From contig CAXXHB010000003.1 in the NCBI GenBank assembly GCA_963664815.2, forward strand, positions 1,344,001 to 1,408,000: a DNA stretch of 64,000 nucleotides, in the 5' to 3' direction. Below, piece after piece: positions 60,812 to 64,000 of the stretch. Source of the stretch: Spirochaetota bacterium. GTDB taxonomy: Bacteria > Spirochaetota > UBA4802 > UBA5550. Below the pieces are notes generated by a model that ran no database searches, had not been told where the DNA came from, and worked only from the letters and a program-made list of their open reading frames with translations. Each line of letters opens with the position of its first letter. Position 1 is the first letter of the stretch. The position numbers were made by a program, and so were the translations under genes.

Positions 60812-62227
60812 TCACCTGATTAAATCCAGGTAATCTATATAACATCCGATCAGCTGATATTTCAGAGCGATGATACCGTTTCTCTCAGAAGTGATGTTAT
60901 TTTCTGTATCAATTACATACGAGAGGTTGAGTCTTGCCTGGCTGTATTTTTTTTTCTCAGTTGTAAGCTTAGATTCAAGCGCTTTAAGTATCCTCTCTTT
61001 TTTTGACAACTGTTCATTCATACCCTTAATTGATTCAATACATGACAGTAATGATTTCATATAGCTGTTTTCAGCGGATTTATATTCATACTCAAGGGAT
61101 TTCATCTGAATTTCAATATCCTTCAAAGCGCTTTCCGCGTTATTATTTTCCAGGTAATATTTAAATTCAAAACCGACATTGTAGTCAGTATCTTTCAATC
61201 CATATGTCTGTGAACCGGAGAGGTTCTTTTTTATTACATCTGAAAAAACATTAAACTGCGGGAGAAGCCTGTTTTCATAAACTCCCGCTGAATAAGCATA
61301 GTTCTTTAATGTCAGGTCCATTATCCTTGCTGCGGTAGTATTTTTAAAATTCAGAATCAGCGGGGAACTCCCGGAAGCTTTTTTGCAGTATTCCTCAAAT
61401 GCCGATACATCCGGATTAATTGCCTGTGTATCTATGTATAAGCTTAGCTGATTCTCAATGTTTTTCAGAATTGTAAGATTTTCAACTCTCTGGTTTTCAT
61501 AATTTAATACTGATGCTGCCGAACTCTGATAATCATCATTATCAGCCAGACCGGAATCTACTTTACGTCTGATCTGTTCACTGAGTATATTGGAATTCCT
61601 TATTGCAGCATCCAGATTTTTAATGGATTTATTATACATGATCCATTGAAAATAGATTTTTTTATATGCATTAAGTATACTTTTATTATTCTCCTCAAAC
61701 TTGTATTTTGAGATTTCAAACTGCATTTTTGCATTGTTCTCCGAGTACATATCAACTTTACCAAGAAAATTGTACAGGAGAGGCTGTGAGATTTTGATAT
61801 TTACAGAAGGTTCATACGATGAATAATCAGGTACTGTGCTGAAGTTGCTGTATTTATCCCTGGAATAGTTGTATGTTGTACTGATAGTTGTCCCGGTCGC
61901 TGCGATTGTTTTATTCAGTCCGGCGTAATAGTTATATCCTTTTAAATCGCCTTTGTCATTTATCCCTGTGTATTCTTTTTTTGAGAAAGCCTTACCACCT
62001 GCATCCAGATATATATCGCTTCCGGCTTTCGCGCTCCGAATTTTATTTTCGGCTGAAATGACATCCATTCCGTTGTTTTTAATTTCCGGAAGTGAATTCT
62101 CGATTGTTTTTATATACTCATCGAATATTATAATTTTCTTTGAATCACTTGTTGTTTGCGAATGAGCAAATTCTGCTAAAAACAGTATAAGCAGAAATGC
62201 ATGTATAAAATTAAGTTTCATTTTCAA
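60812..62227 (-). CDS. TolC-family outer membrane protein
   Basis: Signal peptide, two helical/beta repeats ('ISQPLL', 'LPQFNV'), upstream of RND. Confidence 0.8.
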   Translation of the reverse strand: MKMKLNFIHAFLLILFLAEFAHSQTTSDSKKIIIFDEYIKTIENSLPEIKNNGMDVISAENKIRSAKAGSDIYLDAGGKAFSKKEYTGINDKGDLKGYNYYAGLNKTIAATGTTISTTYNYSRDKYSNFSTVPDYSSYEPSVNIKISQPLLYNFLGKVDMYSENNAKMQFEISKYKFEENNKSILNAYKKIYFQWIMYNKSIKNLDAAIRNSNILSEQIRRKVDSGLADNDDYQSSAASVLNYENQRVENLTILKNIENQLSLYIDTQAINPDVSAFEEYCKKASGSSPLILNFKNTTAARIMDLTLKNYAYSAGVYENRLLPQFNVFSDVIKKNLSGSQTYGLKDTDYNVGFEFKYYLENNNAESALKDIEIQMKSLEYEYKSAENSYMKSLLSCIESIKGMNEQLSKKERILKALESKLTTEKKKYSQARLNLSYVIDTENNITSERNGIIALKYQLIGCYIDYLDLIR

Positions 62228-62264
62228 CCTCCATTGAATTTATTTTTAAATTGATTGTGCCGTT

Positions 62265-63506
62265 TTAAGCAATGTCTCCTGAAGATGTCTGAATTACACG
62301 ATTTACAGAATAGAGTTGCATTATGGTCAGTACCATTATAAACACAACAATCCATCCCAGGATGTCATAATTTCCAATCTGTCCAGAGGGTTTCTCTGTC
62401 ACTATCAGTCCTGCGATGAAAGATGATATACCTCCCGCCAATTGTTGCATGGAACTGCTCATTGACATATAAGCACCTCTGTCATGAGGATCAGGAATGG
62501 CGGTTATTAAAGTCATTGTCGATGACATCCTTCCTGAAATAATCAGTGCAAAAAGGCAATTAGCAGCTATCACCATCCAGAGAGGTGTTGTTGCAAGGCC
62601 GGTGTACCATATTATCCAGACAGAACCGGTAAAGCTTGCCAATATAAACATTCTGAATTTGCCTATGGAGTCAGACAGACGGCCAATATAAGGACCGGCA
62701 ACCATGGCCACGGCACCTGATGACATATACACTATAGGGAGTTTTTCTACAGAGACGCCGAGATTATTAACTGAAAATGCACTTGCAAAGGGTTGGAGCA
62801 TAAATCCTCCTGTTGCAACAAGCATTGTGGCAGTAATGCCCATGAGATACTTCTGGTTTGCTACTATATTGAGAAAATTACGTATTGGATGTTTTTGACG
62901 TGCAGCCTCGACATGTGCGGCCATTGGCTGAAGGTATATAATCATAAATACACCGGCTATGATACCTGTTAATACTATCATAAGAAAGGCTGCATGCCAG
63001 TTGATAGAACTGGCAATTAAGAGGCCGAAAGGTATTCCCAGTATCTGACTGGCCGAAAACGCACTTTGTATTGTTCCCATAACCTGTCCCCTGGATTGTA
63101 TCGGGAATAGATCTGCAACAATTGATAGAATTATTGATCCTATTACACCTCCGAAAAAGCCGGTAATTATACGTGAAACAAGGAGAAACATAAAACATGT
63201 TGAAATTGAGCAAAGAAATGTTCCCCCAAGAAACCCGGCATAGAATACAAGAAGAAACCGCCTTCGATCAAAACGATCTGCAAAACCGGCAGAAATGATG
63301 CCGGAAATACATGCGCTGAATGCATAAGCGGAAACAACCAATCCGAACTGATGTGTGTTTATATTCATGTTTTTAAGTAATATCACTCCGAGGGGAGATA
63401 TAATCATGAAATCAAGCACAACAGTGAATTGCAAAAACGCCAATATCGCTATAACGATCTTTTGATAATTTGTAAAATTCAGTTTTGCATTATCCTGTTT
63501 GTCCAT
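62265..63506 (-). CDS. MFS transporter
   Basis: 'GFADRFDRRR' motif A, 12 TM pattern. Confidence 0.92.
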   Translation of the reverse strand: MDKQDNAKLNFTNYQKIVIAILAFLQFTVVLDFMIISPLGVILLKNMNINTHQFGLVVSAYAFSACISGIISAGFADRFDRRRFLLVFYAGFLGGTFLCSISTCFMFLLVSRIITGFFGGVIGSIILSIVADLFPIQSRGQVMGTIQSAFSASQILGIPFGLLIASSINWHAAFLMIVLTGIIAGVFMIIYLQPMAAHVEAARQKHPIRNFLNIVANQKYLMGITATMLVATGGFMLQPFASAFSVNNLGVSVEKLPIVYMSSGAVAMVAGPYIGRLSDSIGKFRMFILASFTGSVWIIWYTGLATTPLWMVIAANCLFALIISGRMSSTMTLITAIPDPHDRGAYMSMSSSMQQLAGGISSFIAGLIVTEKPSGQIGNYDILGWIVVFIMVLTIMQLYSVNRVIQTSSGDIA

Positions 63507-63597
63507 ATTTTATTAACTCCTAGATTTTGATATAACATTAGCACTCTAATGATTTCATTTCTAATAATTAGAAACCTAACTAAATGACTAAAAAAAA

Positions 63598-63984
63598 TCA
63601 CCTTTTTTCAAAGTTTTTGCTTACCATTCTTAATAATTGCAGAAAATCCTCCTTTTGTTTTTTTGTCATACCTCTGACTATTCTTTCTTCGGTTTCTTCA
63701 AAAACCTTATCAAATACATCCACTAATTCCTGACCTTTTGGAGTGAGAGAAAGATTTTTGACTCTCTCATCGTTTTCATTGGTGTTTCTTGTTATGAAAC
63801 CCTTCTTTTCCAGTCCTTGCACTAGGCTGGTAACTGAAGAGCCTTTTATATTCATCACTGATTCAATATCTTTCTGGCAAATTGGTATCCCCTTTTTTCG
63901 TTTATCATTTATGAAACCAACAATACGTGCCTGTGGAGGAGTAATATCAAATGGCTCAAGATATGTATTGGCACTGTTTTTCAT
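63598..63984 (-). CDS. MarR family regulator (may start beyond the window)
   Basis: 'SSVTSLVQGLEKKGFITR...DERVKNLSLTPKG'. Confidence 0.9.
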   Translation of the reverse strand: MKNSANTYLEPFDITPPQARIVGFINDKRKKGIPICQKDIESVMNIKGSSVTSLVQGLEKKGFITRNTNENDERVKNLSLTPKGQELVDVFDKVFEETEERIVRGMTKKQKEDFLQLLRMVSKNFEKR

Positions 63985-64000
63985 CTTAAATCCTACTTCC

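Noticed and set aside
1-64000. rRNA or tRNA genes
   Set aside because: No recognisable rRNA or cloverleaf/T-loop signatures seen by eye; not confirmed by a scan

Overview
Bacterial chromosomal window; gene style and the integrase orientation suggest a spirochaete-like anaerobe (inference only). 1-16 kb is mostly housekeeping and metabolic: MCP tail, cimA and a GNAT under an Ile-type attenuator, rsmE, AlaX, prmA, an Fe-ADH pair and an acyl-CoA synthetase, interrupted by two DUF559-derived elements with 42-bp tandem arrays. A ~140-bp tandem array sits at 17 kb. From ~20 to ~43 kb (debris to ~53 kb) lies an AT-rich, decaying 'reverse-orientation' integron that the ORF track does not show: an eroded intI C-terminus (20020-20187), an attI-like site, and more than 10 attC-bounded cassettes (PD-(D/E)XK nucleases, TA pairs, hypotheticals), mixed with group II intron 3' ends and IS91/IS3/IS66/IS21/IS256 scraps. 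The first cassette is a translationally coupled UG/Abi-like reverse transcriptase plus a stand-alone family A DNA polymerase with no room for an ncRNA; this is the best candidate for a poorly characterised defence system. 43-64 kb holds regulators, an amidase, ilvD and a MarR-MFS-TolC-RND efflux operon. All calls are by eye; no database searches were run.
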